Below, piece by piece: positions 24,619-37,154 of a DNA stretch of 64,000 nt. The notes under the pieces were generated by a model. The model was not told the origin of the DNA and searched no databases. It saw nothing but the letters and a program-made list of their open reading frames with translations. Every line of letters begins with the position of its first letter. The first letter of the stretch is position 1. Location of the stretch: the NCBI RefSeq assembly GCF_001447785.1, contig NW_015160220.1, positions 429,333-493,332 of the forward strand, given 5' to 3'. The translations under genes were made by a program, and so were the position numbers. The stretch is from Gekko japonicus (Eukaryota).

Positions 24619-24998
24619 CAGGGCTATTTTTGTAGGAAAAGCCCAGCAGGAACTCATTAGCATAATAGGCCACACCCAACAGCAAAACTCATTAGCATAT
24701 TAGGCCACACCCTGACAGCACTGCTCATTAGCACATTAGGCCACACCCCCATGTTGCCAGAAGTGTGGTCATCCAGTCACACCCACCTTTCCCTTCTTAT
24801 TCTGTTTACCTTGTTTGTTGTCAAAACCCAGGGCTTTTTTTGTAGCAGGAACTCCTTTGCATGTTAGGCCACACACCCCAATGTAGGCAATCCTAATGAG
24901 TTTCTGCTATTGGGTGTGGCCTATTATGCTAATGAGTTCCTGCTGGGCGTGGCCAACTCAAAAGCCAGCCGGTGCGTTCCTGCCCAAAAATAGCCCTG
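24619..24998. mobile_element. hAT MITE with CTCATTAGCAT repeats
   Basis: TIR CAGGGCTATTTTTG / CAAAAATAGCCCTG and perfect TSD GCTTTAAC. Confidence 0.92.
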
Positions 24999-25131
24999 GC
25001 TTTAACAGTGTAAGAAAAGGCTTACATAGAAAACATGTTACAGAACGAATACTACTTGCCTGACCATTTACAAAGTTAAACCCTTCTAAGCTTATTGAAT
25101 TCAGTGGACCTAGAAGGATGTGATTCTGTTT

Positions 25132-25347
25132 TAGGGTTGCCAAGTCATTTTCGCCCCGCGGTGGGGGGCTCCCGGACGATGTCTGTTGTGAGTGCGCGTG
25201 CATACCGTGTGCACGCCACATGCACGTCACCTCCGGGTGATGTGCACGCCGGGGTGGGGTTTCCCCCGGGGCCCAATTCCGCAGCGGCAGAAATCGGGCC
25301 TCCAAAGCGGGGGGAAATCCACCCCCCGGGGGGACTTGGCAGCCCTA
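25132..25347. mobile_element. Young CpG-rich hAT MITE
   Basis: TIR TAGGGTTGCCAAGTC / GACTTGGCAGCCCTA and perfect TSD TTCTGTTT. Confidence 0.92.
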
Positions 25348-25517
25348 TTCTGTTTAGGATTGCACTGTTAAGACCCCTCAGCACAGAAAGGGAGTTTTCA
25401 AATTCATAATAAAAACAGGAATAAAAACACTTGTGCATCCACTGCTCACATTTCAATTGGCTTTTGTTAATTTTCTACCTAGTGTGTCATCTACAATTAT
25501 TCACCAGGGTTGTTATT

Positions 25518-25807
25518 AGAAGAAGAAGAAGAAGAAGAAGAGATTGGATTTATACCCCGCCCTTCACTTGGAGTCTCAGAGCGGCTTACAAACTCCTTTC
25601 CCTTCCGCTCCCCACAACAGACACCCTGTGAGGTGGGTGGGGCTGAGAGAACTCTGACACAAACTGCTCTTTTTCAAGGACAGCTGTGCCAGAGCTTGTG
25701 ACTGACCCAAGGTCACATCAGCAGGTGCAAGTGGAGGAGTGGGGAATCAAACCCAGTTCTCCCAGATTAGAGTCCACGCACTTAACCACTACACCAAACT
25801 GGCTCTC
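25518..25807 (-). mobile_element. tRNA-derived SINE (Squam3-type) with (TCT)n tail
   Basis: Reverse-complement homolog of 10188-10448 with A and B boxes present. Confidence 0.88.
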
Positions 25808-26109
25808 ATATTATAAAGACTAGCATATTTTTCTGCTCCTCACAAGGACCTGTATGTTTCAAATATCCTGTGTGGTGGTCAGTAGTGCTGGGTTACACTG
25901 GGTTCTTTATCATCCCCAGTAGGAAAGCACAGACTCAGGGGGTGGGGGTTAAATGATATGAATTAAACAATAAATTAAAGCACAAGGTTACAAAGAAAGG
26001 GTAAAAAGCTAAAAGTAGGAATAAAAAGGAATTACAGACAGAGAGGAGATTTGGATGGAATACCTTGCAAATAAAACAGTGGAAAACCCAATAATAATAA
26101 GCGGCAATG

Positions 26110-26802
26110 TGTCACAACAGAGCCAGGGGGCCGGGCAGAGAGGGAGAGTTTACAGTTCAGTCCGTGAGTCAAAGCCAGAAAGATCAAAAACAAGCAGAGC
26201 CAGCGTCCAAATACACAAAGCCAAGCCATAGTCAGAGCGTTACCAAGGGTCAGAGTCCAGAGAAGTGAGTGTCGAATGTCAGAATGCAGAGCTGAGGATC
26301 AAAAGCCAGAGAGTCGTCAAAACGCGGACTGGATTCAGGAACCGGGAAGTCAGTCAGTACGGGATCTCAGGAATAGCATCAGAGGTGCAGAGCTTCTGGT
26401 CCGAAGGACTAGTTTGCCAGCACGATTTGCCAGCAGTCAGTGACCTGTTCAAATAGCGTGCTGGGTCATTAACTCATTAGCACTGCCTTGCAAAGTCCTT
26501 GATTCTGCTAGAACTCCGGACTCATTGTTCTCCAACTGCGCAAGCGTGCCTCCTTGCGTCTGGTTGCCAAGTCCCGGCATCTCTGATTCCTCAGCCGGTC
26601 AACAGGTGGCGGAAAATTGGGTGGTGTGCTGCTGGAGCCAGGCACTGCCTGATCGGCTTCAGGTGCAAGCTGTCCTGGGGTTTGGTATTCATCCTCTCGA
26701 GCACTTAGGTTTGGCAAGGACTCTTGTGCCTCTGATGATCTTAAAGGCACGGAGTCCTCCGTTTCAGAGCTCCCAGGTGCCGGATCGGGGACAAGCATGA
26801 CA
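26110..26802 (-). mobile_element. Solo LTR, Gypsy-like (693 bp)
   Basis: TGTCA...TGACA termini and perfect 5-bp TSD CAATG at 26105-26109 and 26803-26807. Confidence 0.9.
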
Positions 26803-27152
26803 CAATGAAGTCAGAGCAAATGGGCTGATATGCTGCAGTTTTTATATTTTCAAAGGGAGAGTTTCCATTTTTGCTTCTCTGTCCCAGGAGTCTCTGGAAA
26901 TCTGACATGCATCTAAGGAAGGAGGTCTAAGCAGATCTGCTCAGAAGTAAGTCTCATTTTATTCTGTGGGGCATACATCCAGGAAAGGGTTCTTAAGACT
27001 GCAGCCTAGTCTGCAACTTGCTCTGCAGTCCAGTTAAAGAAAACTACACACTTCTGAGCTCTGCTAACATGGTCTGAAATCTCTGTCCCCACCCTTAACA
27101 TATTTAAGCTACTCCTAACATATTTAGGCTAAAGATTTAGGCTAGTCCTAAT

Positions 27153-27522
27153 TATGGGTGCCAGACTCCCTGGTGGAGGTGGGGGTCCCCTGCTGTCAGG
27201 CCCTACCCCTCACCCACCAATCAGCTGGCTGGTGAGGAGAGTTACCTAGAGAAAGGCCCAGGCCTCGTGACTGGCATCACAGAGGAAGTGGCATCCCACC
27301 AGCAATGTCCAGGCAATGCTCTGGTATTTGGGCAAAAAATCAATGGTAGAAGCTGGATTTACTATAGAGTTTTTGCCCAAATATCAGAGCATCGCCTGGA
27401 TGTTGCTGGTGTGATGACATCACTTTCTATGTGACATCAGTGATTTGGTCTGTGGCCTTCTTTTTCTCCAGGTAAGTCCCTTCCATCCCTTGCCAGTTGC
27501 CAAAAGGACCTTGGTAACCCTA
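27153..27522. mobile_element. hAT MITE, palindromic interior
   Basis: Degenerate TAGGGTTGCCA TIRs and TSD GTCCTAAT/CTACTAAT. Confidence 0.75.
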
Positions 27523-28058
27523 CTACTAATGAAAAAAGTATTGAATTCATAGCAGGTCTAGAGAAAGAGAGATTTCCCACTGATTTCCCATCAGCAGAAT
27601 CCTATAATTTTTGTCTATGATCTGTAGGAATGGCAAGGATGCACATTAAGAGTTTTTGAATGAGGTTTCAAAGAAGTGGTTTTCAAACCATGGTTCAGGA
27701 CCCAAACGTGAGTTGTGATTCTCTCACAGGTGAGTGACAGGGTGAGGAGGAGGCAAAGAATGAGTGGAGAGGAGGCTGGGTGGCTAATTTGGCTTGCCTC
27801 TACATAGTTCGCAATTATGAACACAGCCGCTACACATTTACTAAAGTGAAAAATAAAGTATAGACCTGTTGAGTGTTCATTGATAGGATATTCTTAGATT
27901 TTATGTCAGGAAAGGAGCGCATAATGTGACATTTCTTTGCAAGTGGGACCCTAAAAATACATAAAGTTTAGAATTGTGAGTCCCATTTACAAAAGTTTGA
28001 GAACTGGTGTTTTAAAGTATGATTGAAGTGGGTTTCTAAAGTGTGTTTGTATTTGCAT

Positions 28059-28150
28059 TAGAACAAAGTCTGGGTCCAGCAGCACCTTTAAGACCGACAA
28101 AGTTTAATTCTGGGTATAAGCTCTCATGTGCACACACACTTCCTCAGATA
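28059..28150 (-). mobile_element. Penelope-like pLTR fragment with hammerhead motif (28150-28114; GAAA changed to GAGA)
   Basis: Minus strand reads TAT-CTGAGGA-A-GTGTGT-GT-GCACAT-GAGA-GC-T-T-ATAC. Same family as 58196-58321. A partial plus-strand relative is at 28282-28368. Confidence 0.75.
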
Positions 28151-29163
28151 TTTGTATTTAAATATTTGGTGTTTTAAATACAGTGTTGCTAGCCACCTTG
28201 AGCACTATTTTTGAAGACAGGCAGCTTGAAAATGCCATAAATGAATAAATCAATAGTGTCGCTTTTGAAGATAGTTCCAGTTGTGTATGCAGACAGAAGC
28301 TCATACCTTGAATAAACCATTGTTGGTCTTAAAGGTGCCAATGGACTCTAAATTTGTTCCGTTGCTTCTGAAGTTACTAGATGTGTTTTGATGGTGCAGA
28401 AAGTAGAAAGTAGTTTCATTTTCTTTTATGTTATTTCAAAGACCACTGAGGCACAGCACAGGTTATCAGCAATAGCTGTACAGCTGACAGAAACATAGAT
28501 ATGATGCTGCCTTGGGTACTGAATGCTATTTTGCCAGCTGCAAAACTGGCCAAGGCAGTTCTCAAAGGCACTGCTGAGTTTTAATTATCTTTATTTTTGT
28601 GGGTGCAGCAATTTAGATGAAAAAGGCTGCTATGATTCCCACTGATAATTTTCAGCTTTGTAAAGGGCTGTCATGATTTCTGGGGACACCAGCATCAATA
28701 CTGGGAAAGAAGCTTATTTTTTCTTTCACATAATTGAATGAAAATAACTGTTAGTCTTTGTAGAAAACAATGTTAAGAAAATCCATTCGTACCTTTAAAC
28801 CTTTTTTCTTTAATGTATAATGCTTGGGGCTATATTGTAGGCTACTTCATCCCAGTGGGACTGGTAGGGTCAGCTGCTTCCTCCTAGTGGGGAAAGCAGC
28901 TGTTGGAATGTTTATGCAAGGATTCTTGAAGAAATCCTTGTCAGTGAGGCTTATGCATGGGGAAGTCAAGGCCCAAAACAAGGTTCCTCTCCGCAGGAAG
29001 TGACAACCCTTACTCCCAGCAAAGTGTTCTTAGGGCTATTGGTATAGTCACATTTCTGAATAAATTCCTGTTCTGCGGTCTCATGTTCCACAGTTCCACA
29101 TAAGTATTCTGAGGCCTCTGATGAATTCAGTCATCTTACCTCATCACAGCAAACCAACTTTTT

Positions 29164-29519
29164 AAAGGTAAAATGTAAAGGTAAAGGTTCCCTTGCTCGA
29201 AAGCCAGTCGAATCCGACTCTAGGGTTGCGGTGCTCATCTCCGTTTCAAAGCCGAAGAGCCAGTGCTTTCCGAAGACGTTTCTGTGGTCATGTGGCCGGC
29301 ATGACTAAACACCAAGGCGCACAGGACGCTGTTACCTTCCCACCGAAGTGGTCCCTATTTATCTACTTGCAATTTCTTGCTTTCGAACTGCTAGGTTGGC
29401 AGGAACTAAAACTAGAGATGGGAGCTCACTCCATCATGCGGCACCCGGGTATCGAACTGCTGAACTACTGACCTTCCACAGCCTGCAGTTCAGCGTCTTA
29501 ACCACTTGAGCCACCGCAG
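29164..29519 (-). mobile_element. Sauria SINE, full length, 24-bp TSD
   Basis: (ACCTTT)n tail. TSD CTCATCACAGCAAACCAACTTTTT at 29140-29163 and 29520-29543. Confidence 0.93.
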
Positions 29520-30314
29520 CTCATCACAGCAAACCAACTTTTTCAAAGCATGCTATAAAAATCTCCTCTCTTAGTTTTGAGACTAGATTATAACATAATA
29601 CATTTTAAAGTATTTCTTTTTCCCCCCTTTCCTTTTGTCTTTTTTCACTTCTTTCCTGGGAAGAACTTTTGTATTTTTGGCTTCCTTCCTTTCTGAGTAT
29701 TTCCTCATTCTGCATTGTTTGTGTGACAGGCATTCCTTTTACCTCAGGCAGTCTTCTCCATCTTAAAGCTGTTTGTGGAATCATAGGCAGTGAGGGATTT
29801 TTATCCCTTGAACTTAATATTTTATTTCTGTGACTCTGTTGGATCTCGCTCATCAAACTCGCTCCTGCCAGCTCTAAGGCTTTTATGCCAATTTCTTTTC
29901 TTAAGATAGATTCTGTCTCAGATCAACCAAATAGACACAGCTTTCCCCATAGAATGAGCCCCCTTCTGCTTAATTACAAGTAAAACAGCATTGAGTTCAA
30001 GTTGTCCCAGGAGGTGTGTAAAAATAAGCCAAGAAGCTTATAAAGTGCACAAGAGACAGCAGTACTAGAAAGAGAAAAGAAAGCTCATTAATTAGCAAAG
30101 ATGTACAGCTAATATTAGGTTTTGGTTACATAGCACTTTGGGCAATCCATAAGTCACTCCTCACTCACACCTACCATCATGGTTTCTCTATGCACCACAG
30201 TTCATAGGTCAAGGTGAGCATAAAAGCTGTCTGCCTAGCAGCACTTCCCTATACAAGGAAGGGTGATAAAGATACAGAATATGGGATGCTATATAATACA
30301 CCATTATGAGCTGA

Positions 30315-31631
30315 CTAGTAATAAGGCCCGTTGTGGAAATAAATTCAATGAGCTCTAGAAAGAGGTTCCGGGAGAGTGCCAGTTTGCTGTGGCAACCTCA
30401 GCAGGGTATAATGACACAGAGCCCACCATTTTCTCCAGGGGAACTGATCTCTGCCATCTGGAGAGCAGTTGTAATTCTGAGTGATCTTCAGCCCTCACCT
30501 GAAGATTGGCAACAATGGTTCCACAGGAGGAACAGTACAGTTTTTTTCTGCAATGGGTACCAAAGCAGCTTACATCATTCTCCTCTCCCCCTTTTGACTT
30601 GCACAACAACCCTGTGAGTTAGGTTAGGCTGAAAGTCTTTGAGTGGTCCAAAATCACCCACTCAGCAAGTGCTCTGAAGCACTGACTAGGGTAGCCAACC
30701 TCCAGGTGGAGCCTGAAGATCACCAGGTATCACAACTGAACTCCAGACAACAAATCTCCCGCCCCAAGAAAATAACTGCCTTGGAGGGTGGCCTCTATGG
30801 CATTCTGTTCAGCTAAGGCCTCACCCCTCCCACACCCTCGCTTCCGTAGACTCTACCATAAAATCTCCAGGAGTCTCCCTACTTGGAGCTGGCAACCCTA
30901 ATCAGGACTGGCCCCAATGAGTTTTCTCCCAAAGGCCAAAATAGGTGTGGAAGGGGCCTTTTACTGACAGAACCAAGCTTGGTTGCCTAGCAACAGGCAC
31001 TGAGGGGAAAGTAGGATTGCCACCTCTCAATAGGGAAATACCTGGAAATTGGGTATGTGTGGATCCTGTGGAGGGCAGGGTTTTTGGGGGGAGGACTCAG
31101 CGGGGTATAATGCCATAGGGTCTATGCTCCAAAGCAGCCATTTTCTCCAGGGGAACTGATCTCTGTCATTTGGTATCACCTGGTATCACAACTGAGCTCC
31201 AGACAACAGATCTCTTCACACACACCCCGGAAAAAATAACTGCTTTCAAGGGTGGCCTCTGTGGCATTGTATTCAGCTGAGACCTCTCCCCTCCCCAAGC
31301 TCTGGCTTCCTTGGTAGTTTTTTTTCCCTGTTCTGGAAAGTGTTGTCTCAGCAAGCCTGGCTTGGAGGCTCAAGACGGTGGGTTTTGTTCCCTGAGGGAA
31401 TCAATTGTCATCTGGTGATCAGAGCAAAGACAGTACCTGTGTTCACCAGAGCAAAGCAACTGTCTTCTGGGGAAAGTTTCTGCAGGCACTGCTTCTGTGG
31501 GCAGAACTCAGGCAATGCAGCCCATGGATAGGGACAGCTTCTGAGTGACACATCATGGAGCCAACTGATTTAGGAGCGTGTGGAATGTTCAGAAAGTGCC
31601 ACCCCACTACTCAATTATATATAAGGAGAGA
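30315..31631 (-). mobile_element. Non-autonomous Helitron containing MITE fragments
   Basis: Minus strand has an A|TC 5' end, a subterminal hairpin and a CTAG|T 3' end, with no TSD. Termini are shared with 36295-37154. Confidence 0.72.
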
Positions 31632-33825
31632 TAGACAAAAGAAGTATGTTTGTATGAAGAATCGAGAGGAGCTGAGGACTCTCACATAGCACTCAATAGT
31701 ACTGATGGTGTTCATCCACATTTAGCATTTAGCATATTCTGATACATTCAGTACTGTGATGTCAGAAATGACAAGAAAAGGACCAACAAAGATTTACAGA
31801 GAAGAACTGTGGTTTTCCCCTTATGTACACTTTCCTCCTGCTAGCCATTGCCTTTTTCTCTCCTTGTGGTTGCTGTGGCCTTCCTGTCCTATTTCATTGT
31901 TTCTTTCCTTCCCAGTTGCCATCACCTACCATTGCTATGTCCTCCTTCCTCTTGTTCTGAGACCTCTAAGGTCCTGTGCTAAATTTGCAGACTGGTGCAT
32001 TGACATGCATTACGGTCATTACAGCAACACACAACATTAGCTGAACTCTAGTCAGAATTCTCCCAATGTCTGTGAATATTTAGAAGAGCTGCTTATCCTT
32101 TTAAAACTTTTTTAGATTTTTCAGCAAGCCCAGAATATCCCCTGAGGCTGCTGAGTCCTAAGTGGTAACTGGCCCTGGCCATGGATTTCATTATTCACAC
32201 ATAATGTTTCCACACACTGAATGCATAAGTAAAAAACAAATGCAGCAAATAATAATATTAGTGCTGCCAACTTGCCAGTGTTAGCAAGCTATGCTTTGCA
32301 CTTGTGCTGTTAACCAGGATTACAACCTGGGAAGAAACCAGAGTTTGCAGTACGAGCATAAACTATAGTTTGCTGCAAACCAGAGAACAATTTGATAAAG
32401 AAGGCAGGAGCATGTGAACCCAATGATTTCCCCAGGTTTGATTTAGCATTGCATCTGAACCAAGTCTTTGCAATTAAGCTTTCCATCTTACCTTCTTTCT
32501 CATAAAGGAACAACCATTTTTGTTGTGGTTGTATGGACAATAAATACATGCTCACAGATTGGGTCACAGGATTGTCTCAGGCATCTGCTAGGTTATCTCT
32601 TGAATGACATTACTGATTAGAAGCTCAGCTTGCCCACAGTCATCTCTGCACTGGTAAAGTTCCTTTTAAAAATCTAAACTCAGCAATGGCTTAGGTACTC
32701 CTTTGTTGTAATAGTTAACTTTTTAATGACAAGGAGTAGCTCTTTCCCCTGTATTGTGAACAACAACAGCACCCTTGGAAGGTTGTGCAGGAAAGGCCAA
32801 AGTGCTGGTGAAGGGCAGCTTGGCTATTCTTCAGATACTGTTTCTCTCCCCACCCCTTATTTTGCTGTGATGGGATATTACATTAATTCAGGATATTACA
32901 TTAATTCAGATATTACATTAATTCCTAGCTGGAGTATACTTAGAGCACAATCCCAAAAGAGATATACTCAGAATCCTATGTAGGTCTATTCAGTGTGGCT
33001 TACTCCCAGGAAAGTTTTTTTAAAAAGTTTTCGCTGCTGCCATGGAAGCTTGTTTCGGGCCAGTAGCATAATCTCAGCCCAACCTACCTCACAGGTAGAA
33101 CTGTCAACTGTCTGGGGGGGAAATGCCATGTTCCTTTAAGAGATGCTTAAAGTGTGCAGATGAGCAACCATGAAGCTTTTCATGACATGGAAGCAAATAA
33201 CACCCCATTAAGCTTCTATTAAAGGGACAAAACTCCCCCCCCCAAGCTGGCAACTCTGCTAGGGTTATCAACTGCCTGTGGAATGATGTTCTGTTAAAGA
33301 TGTTAACCAGGTGATGTTGCTTACCTCCATGCCAAAGCTTCAGTTGCCTATTTACATGAATGAAACCTTGATTAAGGGGACAGAGATTTTCCCCCAGCCA
33401 TTTGGCAGTCCTAAGCTTAACTCATGCATCAGCCTCCCAACCCCCAGAAATAACCACAAACATCTTTCTTATGCACATGCATAATACCCTAATTCAGTGA
33501 GTATCCTTAAGGAATCATAATGTAAGAAAGCAGGGCAGGGGCGGAATGTTGAAGGAAATCTGAATCCAAAGCATTTACATTTTAATTAGACAGGCAGAAA
33601 AAAACCCTATACACAAATGTGATGGTGGATCCTTCTTTAGAGAAATTCTTTTGTTGTAATATGAATTTTTGTGTTATTTTAGAAACTTGTCTTTAAAGCT
33701 TTAAAAAAATCTTTAAAAAGAAAGCATACAGGAAAAGAAGGAACAAAGAATGTTGAACTAATGAAACATCTTATGAAACCATTATTCTTTCTAGTTTGCT
33801 AGTTAGAAATAAACTTGAGTAATTA

Positions 33826-34790
33826 AGAGCATAAGGATGTAAGAGCCTTGCTGGATCAGATCGATGGTCCATCTAGTTCAGCATCCTGTCTCACAGTGGC
33901 CAACTAGTTTTTTCTGGAGGGCCAACAGCAAGGCAGAGAGGCCAAGACCTTTCCCTGATGTTGCCTCCTGGCACTAGAATTCAGAGGTTGACTGCCTCTG
34001 AACATGCTAGCCAGTCACCATGGCTAGCAGCTGCTGATAGACATATCCACCTATCCTAATCCCCTTTGAAAGCTGTCTGTTCCTGTGGCCATCACTACAT
34101 CCTCTGGCAGCGAATTCTACATTTTAATCATTCTCTGTGTAAAGAAGAGAGTTTTATCTGTCCTGAATCTACTGCCCATCAGCTTCATTAGATGCCCTCA
34201 AGTTCTAGTATTTTGGGAGAGGGAGAAACAATTCTCCTTGTCAACTCTTTCCACTCCATGCATAAACCTCTATCATGTCCCCCCTTAGTCATCTAACCTG
34301 AAAAGTCCCAGACTCTTCAGCCTTTCCTCATGGGGTAGGTGTTCCAACCCCTCTAATCATCTTGGTTGCCCTCTTCTATACTTCTTCCAGCTCTGCAATG
34401 TCCTTTTTGAGATACGGTGACCAAAACAGTATTCCAAATGAGGCCATACCATTGTAATATCAGGCATTTTACGTTCACTACTTTTCTTAATAAGCTCTAA
34501 CACAGAGTTTGCCCTTTTCACTGCTACAGCACACTGGGTGGACACTTTCATTGAGCTATCCACTGCAACCCCAAGATCTTTTCCCCTTTCGGGCTGAATC
34601 TGCATCTTCATATTTAAGTCTCAGCAAGGTCAGACTTCATTAGCCTATACTTGAAGTTCCCAGTGTGCATCACCTTACACTTACCAACACTGAACTTCAT
34701 TTGCCACATTGTCTCTCACTCATTCAATTGGTGGAGATCCTCTTAGAGCTCTTCACAGTCAGCTTTGGTTTTCACCATCCTGAATAATTG
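33826..34790 (-). mobile_element. CR1 LINE 3' fragment
   Basis: ORF2 residues KDLGVAVDSSMKVSTQCAVAVKRANSVL...WPHLEYC and a CR1-type 3' UTR. Confidence 0.9.
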
Positions 34791-35289
34791 CTTTAATATT
34801 GCACAAAGCATCAGCTCCATTTCCTTGTATTTCCTTATAGGATAGAGCTGTATAGGTAGAGCTGTATAGAACAAAGAGTTTCTATCATAATGTATATATA
34901 TGTATTATGTTCCTTTCAACAGCTTTGTAACTTGCTGTGAAGGGGGAGAAGAAGCTTCCAGTTTACCTTCCACCCCACTTTTGCCCATGGAAAGGGAAGC
35001 AGAATGGCGGGCAGGCGGGGAGGTCCTTCTAGGGCACTTGGAGCCAGTGGAAAAAGCTGCGAAAAGCCCCCCATCTCCTTTTCCACTGGCAAAAGTGGGG
35101 GTGGGAAGGAAACTGGAAGTTCCTCCTCAAGCAAATGAACACTGATTTCCCCAAAAGTACATCTGACTGTGAGTCTTATTGTACATCCATGACCTGGCAT
35201 GTGTCAAGCATATCATGTGCAGCCCTAGGTGCTGCACTTACTGGAAGAGTCATTTTTTAAACAGAGTTTATGCTTTGACCTATAGACAT

Positions 35290-35462
35290 GGGAAAGACTG
35301 AAGGTCAAAGAAGACGGGGACGGCAAAGGATGTGTCATAGATGCAACAAACATGAAATTGAGCAAACTTCAGAGGACGGCGGAAGACAGGAAGGCCTGTC
35401 GTGATCTGGTCCACGGGGTCGCGAAGAGTCGGACTCGACTGTGCGACTGAACAACAACAAAA
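35290..35462 (+). mobile_element. BovB/RTE LINE 3' end, 5'-truncated
   Basis: GKTEGQRRRGRQRM peptide, GGTCCACGGGGTCGCGAAGAGTCGGAC, (CAA)n tail and TSD ATAGACAT. Confidence 0.88.
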
Positions 35463-36294
35463 ATAGACATAATGACCTTTCCTCTTTAGTCACAGTTCCC
35501 TAAACTGCCAGAAGCAGCAGTCTAACATTCCCTGATGGCATGCATAAACTCAAAGCTGTTCTAGTCACCATTTTATTTGTTAATAATTATAACCCACACA
35601 ATACTCCAATAACATACACTGCATTTTTCCTAATAATTTTAATTCGGTTTTGCAGACCAGTATTGTGCTAGGTTTATAAATATATCTAACAAATGTAAGG
35701 CAAGTTGCTATCTAAACCAAGTCCACTAAATCTCATTTTCCCCCATGGGGGCTTAACTCCCTAGAAAGTATTCTTAGGATTGCAACTGTAGCATTGTTTT
35801 TTTTAAAAATCGAGGACACATTTTCTTTGCAGTCCTCTTTAAACAACCAAAACAATTTAAAAGGATAACAGAACCCTTCTAACAGCAGCATTCATTTAAA
35901 CCTACAAGTAGCAACTACATTTTAAAATTTAGACCCTTCGGTCTATTATGTTTTTTATTTCCAAATATATGGTCAAACGATTTCCATAACAACATATAAA
36001 ATAGTTTCCTTTACCGTTGCCCAGAATAATGCAAAACTTGAGCTCACTTAGCTTTCAAAACTGTAAATGAAAAAAAAAAGCTTTACTGCATAATAAGAGC
36101 TATTATGAAAACACTAGCGGGGGGGGGACAGGTGAGCAAGCTGACTGCCATTTATTGAAAATTAAGGGTCTCCTCCACATTTTCTACTGAGCACTGTGTG
36201 CTATACTTGCCAGTCTCATACTAGTGCCAGAAGTAAGATCCTTCCTCTGGGTGCATCCTACAGGAATGTCTCTGTTTATTTATTTATTTAAAAA

Positions 36295-37154
36295 CTAGGA
36301 AAAAGGCCCGTTGTGGAAATAAATACAACGCCCTCTAGAAAGAGGCTCTGGGCGGGTGCCCCGGCCTTGGACACTCAGTGTCAATTTGCTGTGGCGACCT
36401 CAGCAGGGTATTTTCTCCAGAGGAACTGATCTCTGCTACCTAAAGAACAGTTGTAATGTTGAGTGATCTCCAGCCCTCACCTGGAGACTGGCAACGATGG
36501 TTCCCCAGAAGGGAATAGTTGGTTTGGAGGATAGAATCTATGGCTTTGTACCTGTCCGAGGTCCCATGCCTCCTGAAACCTCACCCTTTCCAGGCTCCAT
36601 CCCTCACATCTCCAGGAATTTCCCACCTGGAGTTGGCAACCCTATCTCCTGCCCAGCCAATCATCAACCTACCTTTATTTCCCCCTCACTCTTCAGCTTT
36701 CCACCCCCCACACACCTGCAGCCTCTCCCGTGCTCTGAAGCCCTGACTGCTACGTCACATTGGCTGTCATTTGGGGGCCACCTCAGCAGCATATAAGGAT
36801 ACAGAGCGCACCATTTTCTCCAGGGGAACTGATCTCTGCCATCTAGAAAGCAGTTGTAATTCTGAGTGATCTCCAGCCCTCACCTGGAGATTGGACACAT
36901 TTTACCTCAGAACAGCAAACTGTTTAGAATGTTAGAGGCAAAAGCTAATCAAGTTGCCTATGCAAACAACCTCTGTGTTGGAGGCGAGACTCAAGCAATG
37001 CAATGTTTAGAATGTTGGAGGCGAGACTCAAGCAATGCAGCCAGTGGATAGGGACAGATTCTGAGTGACACACCAGGGCGCCAACCAATTCCGGAGCGTG
37101 TGGAATGTTCTAGAGAAGTGCCATCACCATTCGGTTTTTTATTTATAAGGGAGA
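36295..37154 (-). mobile_element. Non-autonomous Helitron containing MITE fragments
   Basis: A|TCTCCCTTATAAAT 5' end, CGTTGT/ACAACG hairpin at 36309-36330 and CTAG|T 3' end. Confidence 0.75.

Noticed and set aside
24650-24750. Short regularly spaced repeats resembling an array
   Set aside because: These are subterminal repeats inside a hAT MITE with TIRs and a TSD.
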